Below, piece after piece: positions 1 through 12,147 of a stretch of 64,000 nt of DNA. The notes beneath the pieces were generated by a model. It was not told where the DNA came from, did no database searches, and worked only from the letters and a program-made list of their open reading frames with translations. Source of the DNA: Lama guanicoe (lineage: Eukaryota). The first letter of the stretch is position 1. Each line of letters opens with the position of its first letter. The stretch spans positions 1,010,112 to 1,074,111 of the forward strand of contig MU053792.1 of assembly GCA_013239625.1 (NCBI GenBank). Direction: 5' to 3'. The position numbers and the translations under genes were made by a program.

Positions 1-1599
1 TCAATAAGATAAAAATTTACTAATTGACCATGAACCAATTTAAAAATATCATTCCAATGTCTAAAACTCATAATCCCCTTTGATTAATCTGATATGATTT
101 AGTCTGAGCTCCAACCCTACACAGAATTTTATGCCAATTTTTAACGTGTGTTGTTTAATCTTGGTTCTAGTTGGAAATTTTGGCCTATAATCATCAATGA
201 TCCATAATGCTAGTAATATCCACAGAATTATTGTTTTTTTGTTTGTTTTATACTTTATTCTCCTCCTATGTGTCTAAAAATAGGCATACCCATGGATGTG
301 GATATTCATATTAAAATCATTTTGCAAATGTGATTACTAACTAATGTCCTCTTTAGGAATTATAGTAGATCACACAATATCCAGCTTTTAATTTGGCACT
401 CTGAAGAATCAGCCCGTTCTTGACTTTAAAATGTTATACTTGCAAATGGCCTTCTCTGCAGCCATGGAAACCAAGGCAATAATAAAGGGATCATTACAGA
501 AAATTATGCATGCATAAGCAGAAAATAATGGAAAGGAAAAAATGTTGTAAACAAAAATGAATAAGGGAAGGTAATCCTTGGAGAAGGAATCTCCCAGTAA
601 TGAATTCGTTGCTCAGTGCCTGACATTCCACCAGTTGACCAGTAAGTTTGGTTATTAACAAATATCTTATATTCAAAATTCCAATCTATTCTTAGCCTCT
701 AAAACCAGGCTACTGGAATGAATGGTGGAAAGAACAAAGAGGCAAGGGGAAAATGAAGCAAGCAAAGGAAATAGTATCTTAAGAAAAGAGAGATAAATCA
801 AAGTCAGTCTTGGATTTAATCTATAAATTATGTCTTCTATAAGAAACTTGAAGGAAACTGCTTTCTTTTCGTTCTCTTCTCAGCATTAAGTCCATCTCCT
901 CCCAGCACACAACGAGTGTGACATAGGCTAATATAATGTACCTTACATGTGTGTTAATAAAGCTTTGGTGAGCTAGCCTGAGGATAAAAACCCTTAGTAT
1001 AGATTAAACAAAAACACTTGGTCTGGATTTAAAGTAATTTAAATGTAATAATTTTACAGAGCACCTACCCCAAGTCAGATACACTGGCAAATATTTTTCA
1101 AAGATGAATGAGGTATGGCTTCTGTTCTCAGCTAGTTCACATTTCACCAACCAACCTGCAGCTGTGATTTTGTGACAATTACTTTATATATGGAGGTGGG
1201 GGCTGTAATAAGGGGGTGGAGAGGTTATAGACAGTAAAAGCTAGATTAACTGGAGCTAACCAAGCACCCCAATTAACCATAATCCTCACTCCACCCCAAC
1301 CCCAAACTCAGTTTTTAGTATAAAGTGTTAAATCATGCTGATGCTAATTTTTAATCCAAAAAACAATATAATATTCTAGGTGTGTGGCAAATGCATATTC
1401 ATAAATGGAAAAATAAACTTTGTAAGACCTTATAACACTGACACAAAAATTAAATTGAATTCAAAAAGCAGATAAACAAAAACTTATATTTTGAAAACTT
1501 TTTTCAGAACCAATAGTACAAAAAATAATGGATTTTAGTTTAACTGTTAACCAGAAAGTTCAGTTAGCCAGAACCCTTATTTCCTGAGTCTTCTGTTGT

Positions 1600-1830
1600 T
1601 AATATTGTTAACTGCACAGGCTATGAAGGCAAACCATTATAAACCCTGATTAAGCTAATTTCTAGCTATTTGACTAGATGAGTTAACCTCTCTGTGCTTT
1701 GGTTTCCTCATTTGTAAAATATAAGTAATAATCGTAACTAAACGTAAAATGCTTTTAATAGTCCCTGGTACACAGAAAGTGCTCACTAAGTTCTAGGAAC
1801 CATCCTCACAATCATTATTAAAGCATTACC
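1600..1830 (+). mobile_element. MIR SINE remnant in GRIA4 intron
   Basis: MIR core: gagttaacctctctgtgctttggtttcctcatttgtaaaat...cctggtacacagaaagtgctcactaag. Confidence 0.7.
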
Positions 1831-3062
1831 TAGTTGTGAGGATAGGTTTCTGGAATTAACCCCCTGGCACCCAGATAAATGCATGCTATATTTCTCCAAA
1901 CACACTCAACATTTCCTAGAAAAAGTGAGGCAATAGGAGATATAACCAGACATGTCAAGAGGAATGTAAGGAGTGTCTCTCTGAACGTTTGTAAAAGCAT
2001 AAAGAAACAAAAACCAACCAACCACAAAAATAAAAACAATAAAAGACCTTAGGAGTTAACAGCTCCCATCCATCTTACTAGCCTTTATGCTACACATAGA
2101 GGTTAACATGGGACTGAAAACTAGAAGAATTCTTAGATTCTCAGAACACTGATGCTGACTGACAAGTGCCCCTGCCTTCTCTGCCACCCCTTGTATAATA
2201 TTTAGTATTGAAGGACTCAAAGGTGGAAGGAAAGAAAAGTGGGATTTTAGAGTACGGGGAGTTTGTCTATTTATAAAAATGTTGGTTACCCTAACCAATC
2301 ATGTATTTGTCAGTAAGAATTTATAAAGTAAATTATAGTCGCTGCAATTTATGCTTAGAGTGTATTCATATGATAGACTCAAGATAGATGAAAATTACTT
2401 CTGGTGACATTATTTAGGTTAAATTTAAATATTGCAGTTCAGAAGGAAAATACCAGCATGGAATTATACTTTTAAAGAATGATTTACATGTTTGTCTCAC
2501 ATAGACTTCTGCATGAGGTGGTCCTTTGTTAGTAACACCCTCCTCTTTCAATTAGGTCTTGGATGATGGTGGTGAAGGAGTCAATTTAACGATGGATACT
2601 GCAGACACACTTTTAAAGCATAAAGTAAAATGCTACTAGCTGAATCATGATGTCTGCAGGAAATGAAAGCAGTCCTATTTAGCTTCTATGTAAGCCTGTC
2701 AACCTGTAGCCACTTGCATTAATTTTGAAAGAGACAAAGAGGAGCTTCTGGATTTTGAGAGTCTATATTTATGTTAGGAAAATTGAAACTGCTGAAAAAG
2801 CCCAATCCAGGCTAATAGTTTTGGATTCACAGTAATTGCATACATTTTATTTAAAACTCCTCCCTAGCAGTATGTGCCTGTTACCCAAAGCGATGGAGCA
2901 GGCCCCAGTTTTATGTCTGATTCTAAACCTGGGCCTACGGTACAAGACATAACAACCTACTGTGGCTTCTGCTCTGTCACTTTGCCATGCGATTCTAATG
3001 TAGTTTTCCTTGAATAACATAAAATAACATATATAATGTTATTTATGTTATTTTCCACGTGA

Positions 3063-3221
<159 letters not shown>

Positions 3222-5387
3222 TAAACGGGAGCAATTGTCAAGAGTATATGGAGACACTGAAAGCTAAATGTTTCTCTATACACTGCCTAAACTAAATGTT
3301 AATGTCATAGATTTCAGCAACAAGGGAGTGAGTGTCTTTTCAGAAAATTGCAAACTGCTCCCCCAATATTTAGGCTGTTATATAAATTTATATTAACTGC
3401 AAAAAATATATAAAAATAATAAAATCCCTGTATTATTCTCAAATATACGTACCACTAATCAAAGTAGTGCTTTGGGGGTTCGGTTTTTCTTTGTTTTGGA
3501 GGCAAAGGCCATGAGCTCTGTGATTTTAAGAACTGATGCATTTTCAAAACAGGAAATGGGAAATACGCCAATAGTCACTTACAAAAAAGTGATTTTAAAT
3601 ATTAAATATATCTTATTCAGAAATTCAGTCTTTTGTCACTATATTGCCAAGCATTCCACTTTAGTTCGAAGAGGACCTGTTATATTTTTGTTCTGACAGA
3701 TAAAGAGTAAATCTTCCAATTTCATGCTATCAAAATTGTTTTAATGAATCAATATTTATGAATAATATTCCCAACTTCTAAGGTCTCTTATTCATGAATT
3801 ATTTTAGGACAATGCAGGAAACTATAGGCCTGATTCTGTTGAGTACAAAAAAAAAAATAGTGTTCCAAACAGTTATATTTTCATTATAAAGGAAAAGATG
3901 TAACAGTTTGTCAGTAGAATTTAAATATCTTCACAAATCAATAGAGCATAATGCCTGAAAGCCATTGTTGAAGATTCTTGAAATCTTCATTTATTTTTTT
4001 CTGTACCTTCTTTTATAAAGAAAAAAAACACTGGTCATCTTAAGACATTAAATAAGTGACTTACATATATAGGAGAACTTCAATTAATTTCAGAAAGAAT
4101 GAAAGTAATACTACTTGATCTCTTTTCAGGCTTATCCCTATATTTTAAGCACTTTTGTCCACCTTTGAACCAGAGTGGAATGAGACCAGCTTGGCCAAAT
4201 AATGAAATAATTATCTAAATCCTTATTTAAAGTCAGAGGAGCACAAATACTTAACGAGTGATTATTTTTAAATATAATGAATTATGAAATTACCCTAAAT
4301 TTTTGACCCAATCAGTTGATGTTATAGCTCAGTGGATGGTATACATAGTACATTCTTTAAATTAAACCCTCTCCTAATAAAACTATTTAAGTTTGCAAAA
4401 AACTCCCTGCTGAGAAAGATAATGGCCACAGAGCACCCTTCAGGTAGTCTACCCAAAATATTTTTTCAAATAATGCTATATAATAAGTATAATATTTATG
4501 CTTTATGAAAAAATTATATATTATTTTATAATTTTAATATCTTCCTATCATACACTTGACTTTCTGAATTTATTATGAAGTAATACGTATACTAAAGCTC
4601 TGAAGAATAATGTCTAAAATATAAACTGATTAAGCATTTTAAGTGGAGACAGAATCATATTTTAAATTAATAAAAATAGTTATATATTTGTCCATTAATA
4701 ATTTATTTCTCAAATGACCATGGAAAAATTATATATTTTTAAAGTATCTTTTTAAAAAGTTACCAATGTGTTGCTATACAATTATTCCTAAATAACATGT
4801 TAAATATTATTAATATGTTAAAGTAACACTTTCCAGATTTCCCAAACAGATGTGACTAGAAGAACAAATATGTGTATCCTAGCACACTATTTGCATATAT
4901 TGGTAAAGTCATGATGAACAAAATGTGAAAATTGCTAACTTAAAGTCCCTTAGTTTGCTAAGTAGGAAATATAAAGTTAAATTTATCCAAGAGAAATCTC
5001 AAACATTAAAAATTTTGAATGGAAAGAAAGCCAAAAGAGGTTCTCTTCTCATGTAACTGGGTTTTAAACATGTCATTTTTCAAACCTAACAATTATAATC
5101 CCACTTCTGCCACCCCATGCTTATATGTGGCAAAGTATAGCACTTTTCATTGTATATTTAATAATGATAAAATGTTATAGATTTTACTGAATGAAATTCA
5201 CACAATTTATTGGCAATCGTCATAACTTCACTTCTCCCAAGAGCTATAAGCTTTATATTTAAACCCATAAACCTACACCAGTGACTTTTACATGTAAATA
5301 TTTTCAGATTAAATTAAGTATTTACTTTAATTAGCTGTTTGGATTTCGTGTGTTCTTTGCCCTCTGCATGTGACTCTCCACCGCTGA

Positions 5388-5657
<270 letters not shown>

Positions 5658-8600
5658 GGGTAGGACTTAGGGCCTACTACAGTGAGTGGGGGATGCATTC
5701 TGTAACTGCGGTGTTGTGACCTGTCTGTCCAGTGGTGGTATCGCTTGCTTCTAATTTAGAGCTTTATATTTTTTAAACCTTCAGTGCAAAGTGGTTCAGT
5801 TTTCTTTGGCTGCAGACGTACTGTTCGAAACTTTATGTTGCCAATAGATATCTGCATTGAAAGGGTCAGAAAGCCAAAAACAAACCTCCTGAATTGCTCT
5901 GTAAAACGATTTAAATAGTATATTCTACCTGAAAATTGGGAGAAATTTGAAATTAGATCTGTGTTTCCTTGTACACAGACCAGGCTGATCTTCTCTGGAA
6001 CAATCTGATTCTAAGATAAATGCTAAGAAAATATGCATAAAATGCTGTTTCAATGATCAAAGCCTAAACAGTTGCCTATTTTTGATAAGTTTGTGTTGTT
6101 TTCTGAGAAAATGTATGTAAAATCTCCAAGGCACACAGTAAGCACTCAATGAATTTTAGCTCCGAGTCTAATCTGTTTTGCATTAGCCATCTTTCTATAT
6201 TTTTAAAGAGTGAAACCCTTCTGTTTGTTCATCTAGCAGTAGTCCTTGAGCCAGACCTTCAGGCAGGAGTGATCATCAGAATACTGACTACAATTCACAT
6301 TTATTAGATGAAATTCAACTTTTATTTTCACAGTATCACTAAGGTGAATAGGCATTTTAGGCAGTTTCTCCATCAAAGATGTCAGTGATATATGTTGTTT
6401 AGGAAAGACACAGTAAAAATAAAAATTGCAGTGAGTTTTCATGCATTTTTGTTTTCATTTCAATTGCTTTTAAGGAAGCCAGATCAGCCCCACATAACAT
6501 CCTCTCATCATGTCACAATAAAAAAGTTGTAAGTATTCAGTGAAACACAGGCTGGAGATCATTTTATTTTTTTAAGACTCTAAATGTCCAGTACTTTTTC
6601 CCTCTAATGATAGAAAGTGGTTTTAAAATAAGATCTTGAAGCATTTGTTGTTGTCCTTCTTAAAATCAGGTTTCTAAAATCCATTTCTAAAATTATATAT
6701 AATAGCCATTCTGATTGCAATGATAAAAGAGCCTTTGAACCTCTAAGGGACAGTCAGTACTTGATGTACCCTAGAGTCAAACCCAACGTAATTTTTATGA
6801 GAATAAGTTATACACCTGAGGTTATGCCAGGTAAACATGCCTTGTTTTCAGATTTATTTATTTATTTATTTTAAGCTATTGAAATATGTGTTACTATCTT
6901 AAAACAAAGAACAAAAGCCATTCTTTTTTAACCAAGATCTAATTGCTTTTATCTGTAAACTAGAAATCAATGACTGGGTAGAGATGCACATGAGATAAGC
7001 CCAAAGTGGTTCTTTCCAAATTCTGTGGAAAAGAATTGAGAACAAAACCCTCCATTTACTCAGATCAGACTGTTTTGAGCATGTCTTCTAATAGCAGAAC
7101 AGCAAACTATGATGGCGTTAAAGGTTCTTGGCCATTATAAGAACGCTTTCATTTTAATATTTACAGAACTGAGAAGACATGCTCCCAAACTGAGGAAAAC
7201 AATATCTGACAAGTTTTCAGAGACAATTATTCAGAGAAATTCACTCTGAGATGAATTTCATAAGATAGTTTTTAAAAGTTTTCCTCAGCATAGCAAATGC
7301 ATTCTAGAAAGTTCTGGAAATACTCGTGGATGCCAGTTCAATACAAAGTTCTGGGAAGTTGCTAGAAGGAGCTATAAATCCCCAGGTTATGTAGACACAA
7401 TTTACAGGTAATAAATGTTTTTGGAGTCGGAACCTAGCAGTCTGATAAAACTTACAGTTTGTCACTATAGAGCTGGGGTTGAACTTTTAAGACAACAAAT
7501 TTCAAATAAAAATAAAGTATTCATATCCATATGACTTCTTAAAGGACTTAATGGCATTCAGGGCAAATGAAATGATCTGCACCTGGAGGGAAGACTTGAG
7601 AGTAAGCATTTTTTATTGTACGTCCATATTAAACAGATTTTTCCTTTCAAAAATTCTCTTGGCCATAATTATGAAAGGGATTGATAACTTAGATAATATT
7701 GTCTCAGAATTTCTAAAAGAAAACCTGAAACCTTAAATATAAGGTAGAATGTCTACTTTAAAAATGATCATCCCTCAAGGGAACACATGAAAATAAGGTC
7801 ATAGCCACTGACCGCAACAGTACGACCAGATGAGCACCATATGGTAAATGTCTAAGAATGTTTCCCAGTTTGAGGCGTCTTAATAGGGCCACATAAAGAT
7901 GAATAGAAATGACATTTTATGGAAGAAGCAGGAGATATAAGTGTAGGAAATAAGAATTCTGAGAATTAAGAATACTAAAATTTAGAGAGAGAATAAGCAG
8001 TTGTCAAGGACTTATTAACACTCAGTTGCATTAATCTAGAGAGAGAGATTACTTGAGAGTGTGTGGAATCCTTCGTGTTTTGATATTTCCCTTTTCTCAT
8101 AAAGGCAATCAAGAAAAGAAAGGAAACAAAAACAGATTTTATGGCAAAAGCTTCCTGAAAAAAAATCCTTTCAAAAAAATCACAAGGCTTTTATTAATTA
8201 TATTTTAGTATTTCCTCTTCAAAAAACTTTAATAGATTTGTTTTAAATAATTATTTTACTTAATATTAAAAGTTGAAAAGGAATATGAAGAAACAAATTC
8301 AGACTTTAGTCTTGGTTTGTTTTAATTTAGTGACAAGTAGTTTCTATAGAGATTGTCTCCTGACTTCTGATTATAAAGAAATGTAAAATATAATTTTTGA
8401 GACTGTTCACTATAATAATGACATTAGTTTCTTTCTATCATAGATATGTAAGTAGTAATTTGACTTTAACTTTCTGAAGTCATCAGGGCAACTGGTCTCT
8501 AAATCTTTTCATTATAACATTTTCTAATCCAATTTTTAGTTTCATATTTAATACTTCATTATTCTAAATTAAAATTAAGTAAACTTAAATTCACAACAGA

Positions 8601-9559
8601 GAGCTAAGATTTAATATGAATTATGAGAAAGTTACGATCTAAGCCATAAGAAACTTAGGGAATATCTCCTTTACCTTATTTCCTCTTGAATTAACATTAA
8701 AATTCAGCTACTAGAAAGAATTTAAAAGCAATGAATGAACAGTCATTAGATTTCCACAGTGACACTGCCTGTTTCTCCTCTGTGTAGTGTCATTACCTGC
8801 TACTTAATATGACAGAACAAGAATATAGTGAGGATTTCGGAGACTTGACCCCATAACCTGTCCACCTGTCCCTCAATCTGGGACACCCCCGGTGATGGCT
8901 ATCTGTGAGGCACTGAAACTTGCCCCCTTTCAGTGCACTCCCTGTAAGCACTTACAGCTTCTTAAAATATGAGCCTTGGCGTCCACAGCAGGCATAGAGT
9001 GAACTTAACGTCACTAATTGTGCTGTTCTGGGTCAAGTCTATAGCTACTGTGAATGAATGCAAGCGTCTGTGAATGGATCTGTGTTCTGAAAGCAGGAAG
9101 ATGTGGCATGAATAGTCTATATACACAGTTTGGTTAGACAATTCATCATAATTTTAAGACTATAATCATTTAACTGTTAAGACATTTTCTAACAAGAAAA
9201 AAAAAGATCTAAATAAAGAATGCTGTCAAACATAAAGCTGGACTAGAAACACTAAGTTGCAGAGTGCAGCAAATTAAAAGATGTGCCCTGCCCAGATGGG
9301 CCAAACAAAATCTAATTTTATAATCTTTAGAATTAGTTCTTAAGCAGGTAGGACCACAAACTCTAGAGCGATTCATTCTTCCGTGCAGATGAGCTTCCAT
9401 TTTCCATGATAATCTGTTCTCATATGACCGAAAGAATATGGGAAAAATGCAGATGTCTAATTATTGATATTTCGGTGTTTGTTGTGTCATATTTGGCTGG
9501 AGAGAGAGAACTATTGTAACACTCCACATTCTTTCTGTTTCCTTTTCCATGCAACCCAG

Positions 9560-9724
9560 CTGACCTTTTCTGAAGCCATAAGAAACAAAGCCAGATTGTC
9601 CATCACTGGGAGTGTGGGTGAAAACGGCCGCGTCTTGACCCCCGACTGCCCAAAGGCTGTCCACACCGGAACTGCAATTAGACAAAGTTCAGGATTGGCT
9701 GTCATTGCATCGGACCTACCATAA
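9560..9724 (+). CDS. GRIA4: GRIA4 last coding exon, long cytoplasmic tail
   Basis: Acceptor ttccatgcaacccag|CTG. Encodes [54 protein letters not shown], the GluA4 C-terminus, including the KARLS phosphorylation motif. Confidence 0.97.
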   Translation: MTFSEAIRNKARLSITGSVGENGRVLTPDCPKAVHTGTAIRQSSGLAVIASDLP

Positions 9725-10434
9725 AAACCAAAAAAATAATTGAGTGCCTTAATTAAACTGTGTTGGTGACTGATGGAAACGCAGCCCAGAGAGACACACC
9801 AAGCGCAGGTCTTTGCGAAACCGGTCCACCGGCTGAGAGCAGGAAGCCACGGCCCCAGGCGCCGGACATCAGCCCCAGCGAAGTGTGCATGAGCTCAGCT
9901 CGGAAACCCAAACTCAGATTTTCTATCAGGAAAACTCACAATTTAGTTCTTTGGTTTGGTTTGGTTTGTTTTTTGGGGGAATGGATGGGGGAGGGTGGGG
10001 GGGAGCTGGGATGGGTGTATTAACAGCAACAAATTTCACTTGAGTGGACTTCAAAACTAATCAGACATGCGCGTTAGCACATTAAACCATGACGTTCTTG
10101 CTCAGAAAGGCCTCGGTCTTCACGCCAAGGGATAAAATAGCTGTAGAAGTCGATGAATCCGCTAACCTGTCTCCAGAACACCCATGTATTCAATGGAAGA
10201 CTGTCCAGCCGAGAAAACAAATAACTAAGCTGTGATAAGAAAATAAGAAACAAACATGTAAATCCTGTGAAAAAAAAAAATTTAAAGGAAGCATTTACAC
10301 TTACTTTGGAGAAAAATACTGAAACATGCTTGCTTTTTAACTGACGTAAATTCAGTAGAGGACAACACAATTCTTTTTTCTAACCATCTTAGGGAGAAAT
10401 ACATTGCAATAATTGATATAAATGCCATCACTGT

Positions 10435-10440
10435 AATAAA
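10435..10440 (+). terminator. Proximal polyadenylation signal candidate of GRIA4
   Basis: CTGTAATAAA followed by T-rich/GT-rich sequence (tttttttata...gtcgttggtcatcttcttgtttgctgt). Confidence 0.5.
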
Positions 10441-11582
10441 CTTTAGAGACTTTTTTTATAAAAGTCGTTGGTCATCTTCTTGTTTGCTGTAACCTTCACT
10501 CTGGCACATGAGTCAGTGTCCACAGATTGTGTTTGTCTCACTACCAGAAACAAAAACAAAAACGAAGACAACATTCATGTCAAATCATCGGTCTACAATG
10601 TAGAATCAGAAAAGACTACGGGTCACTCAGTATCAAGATTATTTATAACCTTGTTCTGTGTACAAAATTGTGGTTTTTTTGTACCCACCAAAAAGAATTT
10701 AAAAAAAAACAGACATTCCTACAATATTTACAGAGCTTAAAGTTTTTTTCTTATCGTTATAAAAGTTATTTGAGAAATTATAAGACTTTGTTGGTGGGAC
10801 TCTAGAAGTAGAGTGTGGGCCATATTGGAAAATGTAGCTAGCCCTTATTATTTTTGCATAGTAAGCTACTCTTTTTTAGATCTCTGCCTCATTAGCAGGT
10901 TAAATTGTCAAAGATGAAGTGTTTGAATCGGAGAATGAATCATTGTCATAACAGCAACATACCCTGTAATTAATTATGTATTGAAATTTTACTTGGCTGT
11001 ATTTTGCTGCAAATAATGTGTCTCTTGGGCTTCTTTCCCCACTCCCACTGTTCCATTCAAATCATTTGAAGGCACTAATAATAGTTTGTGGTAGACAACA
11101 AGTGAAGGGTTAGTCTTTGTTTTCAACTGGAAATTGTGATGAAAATTATACATGTTTATTTGCAAAAATCACCTTATGTATGGATTAAATTAACATGATT
11201 CAAAAAAAGGTTTGGGTCATTTGAAATAACAACTACCATCATACAGATAAACATCACAATCCTTAGAGATCTTGGCAGAAAGCACAAGATAGAATGATGT
11301 AGGAAGGCTGGCTTGAAGGATGAGTTGAGTTTTCAGAGGTGGAGAAGGTGTTAAGAGCCTTGCAGGTAAGCAGTGACCCAAAACTTGGCTTGTCAATGGC
11401 TTGTTTGAAGGAGTGTGTGCAACTGGATGGGCTGGAGAGAAATTGGTGTGATATCATGGAAGATAAAATTAGAAAAGTTTCAAGACCGATCACCTTGCTT
11501 CAACTCTCAAGATTCTCATGCCCCATTCAACCTCTGTGCTGCCGTAAGAGCAACTTAAAAAGTGCAAATCTGATAGCACGCG

Positions 11583-11614
11583 CACACACACACACTCACA
11601 CACACACACACACA
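11583..11614 (+). repeat. (CA)n microsatellite
   Basis: cacacacacacactcacacacacacacacaca. Confidence 0.95.
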
Positions 11615-12090
11615 TAGAGTTCCCGCAGGAAAAATTGTAAGTTCTTGAGCAGAGCAAATGAGTCCCTTTATAACCTGGTCCTTACTTAATCTCTTCCATG
11701 AATTCTCTCACTCCCTACCCAACCTCTCCAGCCCACAAATGAAGCTCAGAAGCAGGGCCACTGCATTTACTATTTCCTCAATCTACAGGTCTTCCCTGTC
11801 TCCTCTCTACCTAACTAACTGGTACCCATCCTCCAGTATTCAGATCATATTTTCCCTGCCTTGGGAAGATTTCCATGACTATCCACCAGCCCCTGCCTAT
11901 GAGACTGAGTTAGGTGCCCTTTTAATGTTCTGTGCCCATCACAGCACTTACCATACTGCATTGTAATTGCTTGTGTACTTGTCTGTCTAACTACTAGACT
12001 GTAAGCTCCTTGAGGGCAGGGACTGTGTCTATCTTGTTCACAGTTGTATCCCCAGCACCCAGCACAGTGCCTGGCATATTGTAGGTGCTT

Positions 12091-12096
12091 AATAAA
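12091..12096 (+). terminator. Distal polyadenylation signal candidate of GRIA4, inside an L2 3' end
   Basis: GTGCTT-AATAAA-TATTTGTTGAATGAA, the canonical L2 terminus in sense orientation. Confidence 0.65.
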
Positions 12097-12104
12097 TATT
12101 TGTT

Positions 12105-12147
12105 GAATGAATTGAATTGAACTGAATTGAATTGAACTGAACTGAAT
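12105..12147 (+). repeat. (GAATT/GAACT)n pentamer repeat extending the L2 tail
   Basis: gaatgaattgaattgaactgaattgaattgaactgaactgaat. Confidence 0.85.

Larger units (their letters stand above)
11520..12110 (+). mobile_element. LINE-2 3' fragment within GRIA4 3'UTR
   Basis: ctagactgtaagctccttgagggcagggactgtgtc...cccagcacagtgcctggcatattgtaggtgcttaataaatatttgttgaatgaa matches the L2 3' end. The upstream part is more degraded. Confidence 0.85.
9725..12115 (+). other. GRIA4: GRIA4 3'UTR (end approximate)
   Basis: Follows the stop codon. AATAAA at 10435-10440 (proximal candidate) and 12091-12096 (distal candidate). Confidence 0.7.

Noticed and set aside
4322..4345. tatagctcagtgg, resembling a tRNA/SINE A box
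   Set aside because: No B box, cloverleaf or SINE body follows.
7229..7260. Overlapping short inverted repeats (TCAGAG/CTCTGA; GAAATTCA/TGAATTTC)
   Set aside because: 6-8 bp stems in AT-rich intron are within chance expectation.
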